Below are positions 9,110 to 17,907 of a stretch of 64,000 nt of DNA, one piece after another. Within the stretch, counting starts at the first letter, position 1. The number at the start of each line of letters is the position of its first letter. Under the pieces are notes generated by a model that saw nothing but the letters and a program-made list of their open reading frames with translations, was not told where the DNA came from and did no database searches. Position numbers and translations under genes: made by a program. Origin of the DNA: Candidatus Cloacimonadales bacterium. GTDB lineage: Bacteria; Cloacimonadota; Cloacimonadia; Cloacimonadales; JAIOQZ01. The stretch covers positions 192,001-256,000 of the forward strand of contig CAXXTU010000002.1 in the NCBI GenBank assembly GCA_963662655.2, given 5' to 3'.

Positions 9110-9913
9110 ATGGAACTGATCAAATCGATTATCCTGGGAATCATCCAGGGCCTCACCGAATTTCTGCCTGTCAGCAGCAGCGGGCACCTGGTTATCGCCG
9201 AGCATTTCATGCGGTTCGATAAACCGGATATGTCCTTCGATGTGCTCCTTCATTTCGGAACGTTGCTGGCGATCCTCATCTACTTTCGCAAAGACATCGT
9301 CAAGCTGCTCGCTTCGTTGAATCCGGCAGCGAGAGATGAAGAAACCAGAGACAATCGCAGGATCCTGCTATATCTTGCTGTCGGTACCGTTCCGATCGGT
9401 CTTGTGGGCGTATTGCTCAAGGACCAGATCGAATGCCTCTTCTCCAATCCGATTATCGCGGCTTCCATGCTCTTTTTGACCGGCGCGGTCGTACTCGTAT
9501 CGGACCTTGTCAGATCGCGGGGTATTCAGATGGGGAAGATGGGGCTCTTGCGTGGAATCCTGATTGGCATCGGCCAGGCGCTGGCGATCGTCCCCGGAAT
9601 ATCACGTTCCGGAATGACCATTTCCAGCGGACTGTTCGCTGGCCTCAAGCGCGATGACGCAGCGCGCTACGCGTTCCTGCTGGCGATTCCCGCCATCCTC
9701 GGCGCAACCGTGCTGGATATCGGCGCACTCTTCGCGATCGAGCCTCATTATGTCATTCGTTACATCGCCGGAACCGTAGCTGCGTTCATTTCGGGCTACA
9801 TGGTAATTTCCTTGCTCCTGACCATGGTGCGCAAGCAGAAGATGAAATACTTCTTCTTCTATTGCTGGGCCGTGGCGATTGTCACCATTATTCTGATCAG
9901 TAAAGGGTTATGA
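9110..9913 (+). CDS. uppP: Undecaprenyl-diphosphate phosphatase
   Basis: QGLTEFLPVSSSGHL and PGISRSG motifs. Confidence 0.95.
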   Translation: MELIKSIILGIIQGLTEFLPVSSSGHLVIAEHFMRFDKPDMSFDVLLHFGTLLAILIYFRKDIVKLLASLNPAARDEETRDNRRILLYLAVGTVPIGLVGVLLKDQIECLFSNPIIAASMLFLTGAVVLVSDLVRSRGIQMGKMGLLRGILIGIGQALAIVPGISRSGMTISSGLFAGLKRDDAARYAFLLAIPAILGATVLDIGALFAIEPHYVIRYIAGTVAAFISGYMVISLLLTMVRKQKMKYFFFYCWAVAIVTIILISKGL

Positions 9914-10935
9914 AAAAGGAAACGATTCAACAGGCACACGAATTCTTCGCGAGACGGGACCGGCTGGCATTCGCGCCGGTGTTCATGGTGTTTGGCAGCG
10001 AGTCGCTTCTGAAAGCGAAGGTCGTGAGCGTCATCCGCAAGAAATTCCTTACGGAAGGCGCGGAGGATTTCGATACCGCTCTCTTCTACGGTGACGAGAC
10101 CAAGGCCGAGAGCGTGTTGGAGCAGCTCGAATCGCTGCCATTTCTTTCGGAGCGGCGCGTGATTGTGCTCAAGGATGCCGACAGCATGCGAAGCGAGGAA
10201 GCAAAAAAACTGGTGCCGTATATCGAATCCCCGTCGAATTCATCGGTTTTCATCGTTGTGGCCGAGAAGCCCGACAAGCGTTTGATGTTCTTCAAGCGCC
10301 TCTCTGAAAGCGCGGTTCAAATCGAGTGCAAGCCTCCGAGAAATCCCGAGGACATCCGGCGCTGGCTCATTACCGAGATGAAGCGTCGCAACCTATACAT
10401 GGATCAGGAAGCGATGGATATCTTCTGCATGAATGTCCCCATGGACTATGCTGGGGCGTTCAACGAGCTGGAGAAGATCATTCTGCTATCCGGTGAAGCG
10501 AAGCAACTTACGAAGCAAACGATCATCGACAGCCTGACGAAGCTCAGCCGTTTCAGCGAGTACGACCTGGTGGATGCCGTCGGAGCGAAAAACAAGCAGG
10601 CCGCCATGACGATCCTCAAGGAGCTCCTGGATAACGACGCCAGCATGATCTATATCGTTTCGCTCCTGAGCAATCTGTTCGTGACGCTCTGGAAGATCAG
10701 GTCGCTGCGGAACAGTGGTATCAGCGAAGTGGAGATATCCAACAAGCACATCCCCGAGGTGTTTTACTGGCTCAGGAAGAACTACATCAAGTTCGCTTCC
10801 AATTATTCCGTGCAGGCTATCCGCGAAATCTTTCATCTGCTGTATCAGTTCGATTGCGACCTGAAGTCGCTGGAGACTGCCCTGGTGCCGGTTTTGGCAT
10901 CGACAACCATTTACAAGATATGTAGTGCAAAATGA
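9910..10935 (+). CDS. holA: DNA polymerase III delta subunit
   Basis: LPFLSERRVIVLK and NELEKI motifs, 341 aa; ATGA-type overlap with era. Confidence 0.85.
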   Translation: MKKETIQQAHEFFARRDRLAFAPVFMVFGSESLLKAKVVSVIRKKFLTEGAEDFDTALFYGDETKAESVLEQLESLPFLSERRVIVLKDADSMRSEEAKKLVPYIESPSNSSVFIVVAEKPDKRLMFFKRLSESAVQIECKPPRNPEDIRRWLITEMKRRNLYMDQEAMDIFCMNVPMDYAGAFNELEKIILLSGEAKQLTKQTIIDSLTKLSRFSEYDLVDAVGAKNKQAAMTILKELLDNDASMIYIVSLLSNLFVTLWKIRSLRNSGISEVEISNKHIPEVFYWLRKNYIKFASNYSVQAIREIFHLLYQFDCDLKSLETALVPVLASTTIYKICSAK

Positions 10936-11834
10936 TAGACCCATTCAATATCCCCCCGGATTTCAAAGCCGGATACGTCTCGATCGTGGGACGCCCCAAC
11001 GTTGGGAAATCAACGTTGATGAACGCGCTGATCGGAGAAAAGCTCTCCGGCGTTACACCCAAGCCACAAACAACCCGTCAGAACATCAAGGGATTCTATA
11101 ACAACGACAAACTGCAGGTGATCTTCCTGGATACTCCCGGCTTCCTGAAGCCGCGATACACGCTGCACGAGAAGATGAGGGAGTACATCGACCTCTCGCT
11201 CTCTGATAGCGACGTGATCCTCTTTGTCACCGACGTTAAAAACTTCCCCACCGACTACGATACGGAATTGTGCCGGAACATCGAGAAAACCAAGACACCG
11301 AGAATCGCCGTGCTGAACAAGATCGATGCCGTGGAGCAGCAGGAGCTCGATGAAGTCAGGACGAAGATTCAAGACTTCGCTTTCGACAAGGTCATCGAGA
11401 TATCCGCGCTGCAGAAGCAAAACCTGGAAGCCCTTATCGAGGCGATCCAGCACTTTCTGCCGCTCTCACCGCCGCTGTACGATCCGGAAGACCTCTCGGA
11501 CCTGCCGCTGAGATTCTTCGTGCAGGAAATCATCCGCGAAAAGATTTTTCTCAACTACGGTGAGGAAATTCCTTATGCCACCGCGGTTGTGGTGGAGTCG
11601 TTCAACGAGACCGAAGACACGGATATCATTCACGCCAACATCTGGATCGAAAGGCAGTCGCAGAAGCCGATCATCATCGGAAAAAACGGAACCGCGATAT
11701 CCAAGCTCAGGCGCGATTCGGAACGGGAAATCCGCAAACTGACCGGTCGCGGCGTTGAATTGAATCTTTGGGTGAAAGTCAAACACAACTGGCGTAAGAA
11801 AACAAACGCGCTCAAAGAATTCGGGTATCGGTAG
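10932..11834 (+). CDS. era: GTPase Era
   Basis: GRPNVGKS, PQTTR, DTPG, NKID, EEIPY, KH domain IIIGKNG. Confidence 0.95.
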   Translation: MIDPFNIPPDFKAGYVSIVGRPNVGKSTLMNALIGEKLSGVTPKPQTTRQNIKGFYNNDKLQVIFLDTPGFLKPRYTLHEKMREYIDLSLSDSDVILFVTDVKNFPTDYDTELCRNIEKTKTPRIAVLNKIDAVEQQELDEVRTKIQDFAFDKVIEISALQKQNLEALIEAIQHFLPLSPPLYDPEDLSDLPLRFFVQEIIREKIFLNYGEEIPYATAVVVESFNETEDTDIIHANIWIERQSQKPIIIGKNGTAISKLRRDSEREIRKLTGRGVELNLWVKVKHNWRKKTNALKEFGYR

Positions 11835-11857
11835 ACTTCTCGAAGCCATTCTCGCAA

Positions 11858-11937
11858 GTCGTCAGCAGATTCGTTCAATCGTACCGCAGACGTGCTATAT
11901 CCACGACGGAGGTGGGATTGGGCGAAGGTGCAACGAC
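11858..11937 (+). repeat. Rod-like palindromic repeat family, copy 2 (minimal 80-bp form)
   Basis: gtcgtcagcagattcgttcaatc...cgtgctatatccacg...gattgggcgaaggtgcaacgac. Confidence 0.8.
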
Positions 11938-12100
11938 GTTAAGGAATTACCGGCATAACCAAACACATAGAGCCATCAACACTCTTGAGTATTTAAATGA
12001 GACTCAATCCCCTGTTAAGGTGTAGGTTTTGTGAAACAACAACCTGGAATCTCAAAAGAGAAGGATGCTCTGGCGAGCATCCAGAGGGATTTTTTCTCTA

Positions 12101-12147
12101 TCCCCATCCTTGTTATCCCGTAAATCTTGTAAATCCTGCTTCTGACA
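12101..12147 (-). repeat. 9-nt-periodic dispersed repeat (TGTCwGAAkCARGATT...), copy A
   Basis: Reverse complement tgtcagaagcaggatttacaagatttacgggataacaaggatgggga matches 54223-54269 at about 35 of 47 positions. Confidence 0.7.
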
Positions 12148-12148
12148 T

Positions 12149-12182
12149 AAAAAAGCTGGAAACGCCAAAGCGCTTCCAGCTT
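12149..12182 (-). terminator. Intrinsic terminator of the C25 gene
   Basis: aagctggaa...ttccagctt stem with A-run on +. Confidence 0.7.
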
Positions 12183-12202
12183 CAATAATACTATTCTCTT
12201 AG

Positions 12203-15200
12203 CTACTTGAGAAGCAGCATTTTCTTTGTGGAGTCGTAACCGTTTGTTTCCAGGCGGTACAGATACAATCCAGACGAGACCGCCTTGTCATTGTTGTCGC
12301 GGCCATGCCAGATGATGCTGTGATTGCCTTCGGCGAGATGGTCGTTCACCATCGTTTTCACTAGCTGTCCCTTGATATTGTATATCTTCAGGCTGGTTTT
12401 TCCTGCTTGCTTGAGGCTGAATTCGATCCGGGTCTCGGGATTGAACGGGTTCGGGAAGTTTCCGCGAAGTTGATTCGCATAGACCGGCGCATCAGGTTGG
12501 TGATCGGACATCGTGCCGTCCCAGTATACGCCGTCTATTTCAACCGGAACACTAGAACCGGCATCGTACACGACCTCGATCAGATAGCGATAGGTTTTCA
12601 GTGAATCGATTTGATCCTGATAGATATTCTCGGTAAGGTTATCCACGATCAGATGAATCGGGCCGGTCTCGCATTGACGGTAGATACGGAAGTTCTGGAA
12701 TTCCTCTCGCGACATTTCCTTGCGGCCCTTTTGATTGCGCACTGCATGGTGAGTCGGAGCTGCGTACTCCCATGACAGATTCACACGGCCATCCACAACC
12801 TCGGAAGCTGGAGTTACTACGGGCTGCAAGTAGGTAAGTACCAGGTTGTTGTTCTCCGATGCTGAACCGAGAACAGCTTCAATTCCCTCGATACGATCGC
12901 TCTCGAAATACTGGAGGCTTCCAAGCATGTCGTAGGTTCCCTCGGACGTGTAAAGGATATAATCGCCATCTTCGTTTGGACGGGTGGAGTAGCTCCCCAC
13001 GGTTACCAGAGCGTCCTCGACATCAGCAGCGTTTTCGCTCAACGTAACGGTACCGGAGACCACAACACCCTTTTCCTGGCTACCGGTGATGCTGACATCA
13101 TCGATCGTCCAGCCGTATGCGATCGTGGAGCCGTCGGAACCGAAGTGCCAGCGCAGCCGGGCGTAATTGCCTGCGTAGGGCATCAGGTTGAATACCGCTT
13201 CTGCCCACTGAGTTTGGTAACCTGTGTAAGCGGGTTCTCCACCGATACCGGTATTACTGAAGGCGATGGCGTCATCGGGATATCCGCCTTCAGGCTCGAT
13301 CACTTCCCACGTGTTTCCGCCATCGATGCTGATCTTCACGTTACCGCCGTCGCTACCGGTTTGAGTAAGGTATTTGTGCCAGAAATGCAGTTCCGTGCTG
13401 GTCCCGATGTAGAACAGCCCGGAATCGAGCTTCCAGTCCGCATTGTTCATGTAGTTTGCATACAGGCGAGTTCCCCAAGCCTTCTCCCCTGAATGCGCGC
13501 CCTGGCTCGGTGTTCCCCATTCCCATAAATCGTTGGATGAGAAGCCCCAGGCGCTTTCTTCGAAATCGGTCTGAGCTCCCCAGATTCCGATGGTCGCCAT
13601 GATATTGAATGTCTGAGGATTCCCTCCGCGCATTTCCACGTTCAAGGCGAATTCGGTGTTTGTCTCGGCGGGTACAGAAGAATCAATGCTGAGTCGATAG
13701 GCCTTCTGCATGTTCATGCCGGGGGTAAGATCGCCGAAACTGAGCTCGGCTTCTTCGATCGTAATCAGTTCATTATCAACCGTGAGTTCACCCATTACGT
13801 CGAAGGCCTTGGAGCTCGACTGGTTTTCGAGGCTGATTGCCAGGTAGGCATCCTCTCCGGGATCGAGAACGCCATCGTTATTGCCATTGATATCGTAAAC
13901 TACCGTCGACGAGAGCGTGACGGATGGCTTGATCACCGTGATGGTGAAGGGATATTCCCAGTAGCCGTCATCGTTGTTCAGTTGCAGCATGAAGTGCGCC
14001 ACGTATTGATTCGGGCACGATTCAAGAACATCGAAGGAAAAGTACGAGAGGTTGTATGCGCCGTAGGTACTTTGAATATCGGCATACTGGGCGTTCGCGT
14101 CAGTGATGTTGATGTATGGAGAATCGGTAACGATCGTACCGGTGTTATTGGTGGCTTCGGATAAGCCAACGTTATCGATGCGGATGCTCAGATCGATCGA
14201 TTCACCCGCATCCACGTATCCACTTCCGTCCGCATCGTGAATGGTGTAGTTGCCGTATACAAGGTAGCTGTCTTGCGAACTCATGGGCAAGCCGGTAAAC
14301 AGAATGGCCGTCTCGTTACCCAATTCCATCGCGCCACTTGGATATTCATCGTTGTAGGTGTACATGAGACCTCTCAACTCGGTGTGGTCTTCGATGCCTA
14401 CCGTGCAGTAGTTGCCCTGAGAACTATAGTTATCGTTGTAGCTGTCCACGTTGTTGAAGGTCTTGTACTGAATTTTGATCATTCCATCATAGGTTGGCGT
14501 CAGATAGGCTTCCGGATTGTACAGGATGATCTGGAAAGTCTCTTCGGCAGAGCTTTGCAAGTTCTGGTTATGGGACCACTCGATGACAAAGTAGCTCTCC
14601 TCTTCGTTGAACCATGTAAAGACGCCGCCCGGAGTGGTTCTCAGTTCATCCCAGAATGCCGCGACCATCGCCCGTGGTCCAAGCGCGCCCGGGATAAACC
14701 AGTTACGGAAGCTGACCTGCTCGCTTTGGGCAAACGTTATCCAGCCGTTGGAGCAGATTCCCACTTCGCTGTACTCTTCGCCGTAGAAATTGAATGTAAA
14801 CGGAAGATCGACATACACCAGGTCGTCACCCTGATCGACGTTGTCGTTGATTCCCGTGTTCGTACCCGTACCGCCATAGCTCGGATCGATCTCGATCCAA
14901 TCGTAAACCGGCGCTTCAAGATAGTCCGTATCACCGCTATCGTAGCAGACGTAGCCATAGGAATCGGGACCGATCGGATCGCCTGCGCCGCGGTTGCCGA
15001 CCTGGAGTGTGATATGTTCGATTTCCTCGTAACCGCTATCGTTGAAAAGGCGTAAGCTCGCCTTGACTTCCATGCCCGGAAGTGCGAGCGAGAGGCCGGT
15101 CACGTTGAACATATTCGATTCGCAGTTCACGACGGATCCCGGAGTGATGGGGCCGAAGTATGCGAGCGAGTCGTCGACGCGCAGGAAGTAGCTATTGGTG

Positions 15201-17683
15201 CTCAGCGCGCCGTACACATCCTGAAGGATGGTTTCGCCGTTGTTCTTGACTGTGATCTTCAGATCGCTCGATTCGCCCGGCTCGATTACGCCGTCGTCGC
15301 CGTCTTCGTACGTATAGCTTTCGATGTCGATGTCATTACCCATGATCTCCATCCAGAAGCTGCTGTCCCAACTGTTGCCGCCTTCTTCGGCGATCTCCAG
15401 ATCGAACCTCGCGTTGTGCATGTTCGGTGCGTCGGCCGCGATTTCGAAAACGTATCCCGATTGGCCTTCAGCGCCGTTCCCGGCAGAAATGCTGCCGAAG
15501 GTGTCCGTGTTCTGGGTAATGGCAATGTATGGATCGTCGGTTGAGATGATCGCGGTTACGTTGGTGGCGGAAGAACCGCTGAAGTTATACAGGTCGATGA
15601 CGAGCTCGATGGTTTCCCCCGAGTTCGGCTCACCATTGCTGTTACCGCTCGATGCGCCAGCATCGTCGTCGTCCACAACCATTTGCGTGAAGGAAACACC
15701 ACCGGTCGAAGCGATGCTGAAATCTTCAAGAAGCGGTATGTAGTCCGGCTTGGTAACGGTCAGATCAACGGAGCCCGTAATGGAGGGATCGAGATTGAGA
15801 GTTATGCGGCCGGCTTCGTCTGTGAGGCCGGTGGAGAAGATGTCTTCGTCCATGCGGGCAGTGACCCACGCTCCTTCGAGCGCTTCGCCGTTCTCTTTGG
15901 TAACGGTGACGTCGATATAACCCTGTCCCATGCCGATGGAGCTGTCGAATTCGGCATGCATCTCCATCGGTTCACCGTGCCAGATGTCCATGGACGGATC
16001 GCCCATCAAGTTACACCATTGGGTAAAACTCTGGGTCGAGGTTGAATTCACGTTGTTGTAGCCGAGATACAGGAAGAGTTTGCCGGCCATGATCGCCTGC
16101 CCCATGTTGTGCATCCCGCTCGAGAACAGACCGTGGAAAATGCCGCCATGAAGAATATTGTTGTACTGCGTGTGGGTGCTGGCCGTCGACATGCCGATCG
16201 CGCATGCTCCGGCTACGGGAGCGGACGGCGTACCGGCGCGGAGAATCGCTTCGGAACGAGCTTCCGAATAATCCGCAAACGATCCTGTGTCGCACGTAAT
16301 GATAACAGCGTTGAATAGATGATTAACATTATCGAGTCCGTACGCGTTGGATGTCTCCCAGTCGCTCATGTGATAATAGCCGCGATAGCTGAAGAAGAGC
16401 GCGCCGGCATTGAGAGCGAGGTCCATCTGCGACGGGCTTGGCTGGGCGGAATACATCTCGGTGAATGTATGTGTCGGATCGTAAGAGAGGATGTCCTCTT
16501 TGACATACTTGCTGGTGATTTCACAGGAGAGGCCGGAAGGGCTCGTATCGCCTACCAATAGCGAGTGATGATACCAGTCCGTATCCCCGGTGTATGGGGT
16601 TCTTTCGTATTTGACGATCTTCGAGAGGATTGTCATCATGTCCGTGGCATCGCCAATGGTCAATCTTCCCACGAAGAGTTCGGGTAGGATGTCGTTGCCG
16701 TCGAGGCAGGCGTAGGGATGGTCGCCTTCTCCATTGCTGGCGCCATAGTAGGTCGCGACGTCGTAGCTTCCACCGACATCACCGATGAGAATGACATACT
16801 CGGGCGGATTTTCCCATGTGTTGTACGCATCCTGGATATAGGCTTTGATACTCGTGTTGCTTGTTCCGATATCGCCCGTACTCACGATGGTCACTTCAAA
16901 CCCTTTGTTGCGTTTCCAGTTTGCAAGCTGCTGCACCTGGTCGTCTATGGCCGTGTTGTTGCACTGAACCATAAGAATGCTTGGATTCTGATATGCAGGT
17001 TCTTCATCCCTGATATCGTCGTAATTCAATAGCACGGAACGATAGAGCGGTTCGAAACTGCGCGATAGCGGACGCTCGTTGTGAATTTCGTTTACAGCTT
17101 GTGAGTTAATCGTGTTAATCGTGAAAGAAATGTCTTCACGAACGATCAACTCGTGGGAGGCAGCGTCGTAGGCGTATGGAAAAATGTTTACCGGAACCAT
17201 ACGGAGGTTACGCATGATAACGGGCTGGCCGACGACGACAGCTTCTTCCGGGTATACGGAATCTCCTTGATAGAAGGCGTCGTTCAGCGTTAGCGCGCTG
17301 GATCTGTTGGATACTTCATTCTGGTAAGGGTAAACTGGAGGAATGGCTGAACGATCCTCAACCATACTGAGCTGTTCGAGCTGAACGGAACCAGTATTGG
17401 GAACTGCTATCATTGTGCTGAAGAAGGGCAGCTCGGGCAATCCCTCTTCTGCGGTGACAAAGGGAATATCTCTTTCAGCGATCTCGATCTTCGAGAAAGC
17501 ACCATTCCCGGATTCGATTGTCTCCTCGGTCCACTCAGGTGTTGTAAAATGCAACTGCAAGGAACCGGATGAGATCGAATCGTGAGAGAAGACGTCTGCG
17601 TTTGTGAGCACTTGATTTTCCATGGAAAATAACAGCGCTGTGGCCATGATCAGGATCATAGATGCGAGGATCTTTTTTTGCAC
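12203..17683 (-). CDS. Large gingipain-like (peptidase C25 family) protein with propeptide, Ig-like domains and C-terminal T9SS-type sorting domain
   Basis: GLPELP propeptide, WKRNKG, YVILIGD, ELFVGRL, NLMGDPSM; C-terminus NFPNPFNP...VSSGLYLY...KKMLLLK; 1826 aa. Confidence 0.9.
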   Translation of the reverse strand: MQKKILASMILIMATALLFSMENQVLTNADVFSHDSISSGSLQLHFTTPEWTEETIESGNGAFSKIEIAERDIPFVTAEEGLPELPFFSTMIAVPNTGSVQLEQLSMVEDRSAIPPVYPYQNEVSNRSSALTLNDAFYQGDSVYPEEAVVVGQPVIMRNLRMVPVNIFPYAYDAASHELIVREDISFTINTINSQAVNEIHNERPLSRSFEPLYRSVLLNYDDIRDEEPAYQNPSILMVQCNNTAIDDQVQQLANWKRNKGFEVTIVSTGDIGTSNTSIKAYIQDAYNTWENPPEYVILIGDVGGSYDVATYYGASNGEGDHPYACLDGNDILPELFVGRLTIGDATDMMTILSKIVKYERTPYTGDTDWYHHSLLVGDTSPSGLSCEITSKYVKEDILSYDPTHTFTEMYSAQPSPSQMDLALNAGALFFSYRGYYHMSDWETSNAYGLDNVNHLFNAVIITCDTGSFADYSEARSEAILRAGTPSAPVAGACAIGMSTASTHTQYNNILHGGIFHGLFSSGMHNMGQAIMAGKLFLYLGYNNVNSTSTQSFTQWCNLMGDPSMDIWHGEPMEMHAEFDSSIGMGQGYIDVTVTKENGEALEGAWVTARMDEDIFSTGLTDEAGRITLNLDPSITGSVDLTVTKPDYIPLLEDFSIASTGGVSFTQMVVDDDDAGASSGNSNGEPNSGETIELVIDLYNFSGSSATNVTAIISTDDPYIAITQNTDTFGSISAGNGAEGQSGYVFEIAADAPNMHNARFDLEIAEEGGNSWDSSFWMEIMGNDIDIESYTYEDGDDGVIEPGESSDLKITVKNNGETILQDVYGALSTNSYFLRVDDSLAYFGPITPGSVVNCESNMFNVTGLSLALPGMEVKASLRLFNDSGYEEIEHITLQVGNRGAGDPIGPDSYGYVCYDSGDTDYLEAPVYDWIEIDPSYGGTGTNTGINDNVDQGDDLVYVDLPFTFNFYGEEYSEVGICSNGWITFAQSEQVSFRNWFIPGALGPRAMVAAFWDELRTTPGGVFTWFNEEESYFVIEWSHNQNLQSSAEETFQIILYNPEAYLTPTYDGMIKIQYKTFNNVDSYNDNYSSQGNYCTVGIEDHTELRGLMYTYNDEYPSGAMELGNETAILFTGLPMSSQDSYLVYGNYTIHDADGSGYVDAGESIDLSIRIDNVGLSEATNNTGTIVTDSPYINITDANAQYADIQSTYGAYNLSYFSFDVLESCPNQYVAHFMLQLNNDDGYWEYPFTITVIKPSVTLSSTVVYDINGNNDGVLDPGEDAYLAISLENQSSSKAFDVMGELTVDNELITIEEAELSFGDLTPGMNMQKAYRLSIDSSVPAETNTEFALNVEMRGGNPQTFNIMATIGIWGAQTDFEESAWGFSSNDLWEWGTPSQGAHSGEKAWGTRLYANYMNNADWKLDSGLFYIGTSTELHFWHKYLTQTGSDGGNVKISIDGGNTWEVIEPEGGYPDDAIAFSNTGIGGEPAYTGYQTQWAEAVFNLMPYAGNYARLRWHFGSDGSTIAYGWTIDDVSITGSQEKGVVVSGTVTLSENAADVEDALVTVGSYSTRPNEDGDYILYTSEGTYDMLGSLQYFESDRIEGIEAVLGSASENNNLVLTYLQPVVTPASEVVDGRVNLSWEYAAPTHHAVRNQKGRKEMSREEFQNFRIYRQCETGPIHLIVDNLTENIYQDQIDSLKTYRYLIEVVYDAGSSVPVEIDGVYWDGTMSDHQPDAPVYANQLRGNFPNPFNPETRIEFSLKQAGKTSLKIYNIKGQLVKTMVNDHLAEGNHSIIWHGRDNNDKAVSSGLYLYRLETNGYDSTKKMLLLK

Positions 17684-17907
17684 AGTTAACTCCTTACTGT
17701 ATTGTATTGCGTAGTATTAATCCCAGATAAGACAATATATAATACAAGATAGATTCCAATTCTGTGATATTCGTGTGAACAAATCGTTTCCCCGTTCTTT
17801 ATTTGTTTGAAAAACACATAATTAGCTCTTTACCGCTTTTTTACTTGACCTGTGGTTATTGCGGATAATTTCTAACATGAATCAAAAAGAAGGACGAGGC
17901 TGGAATT

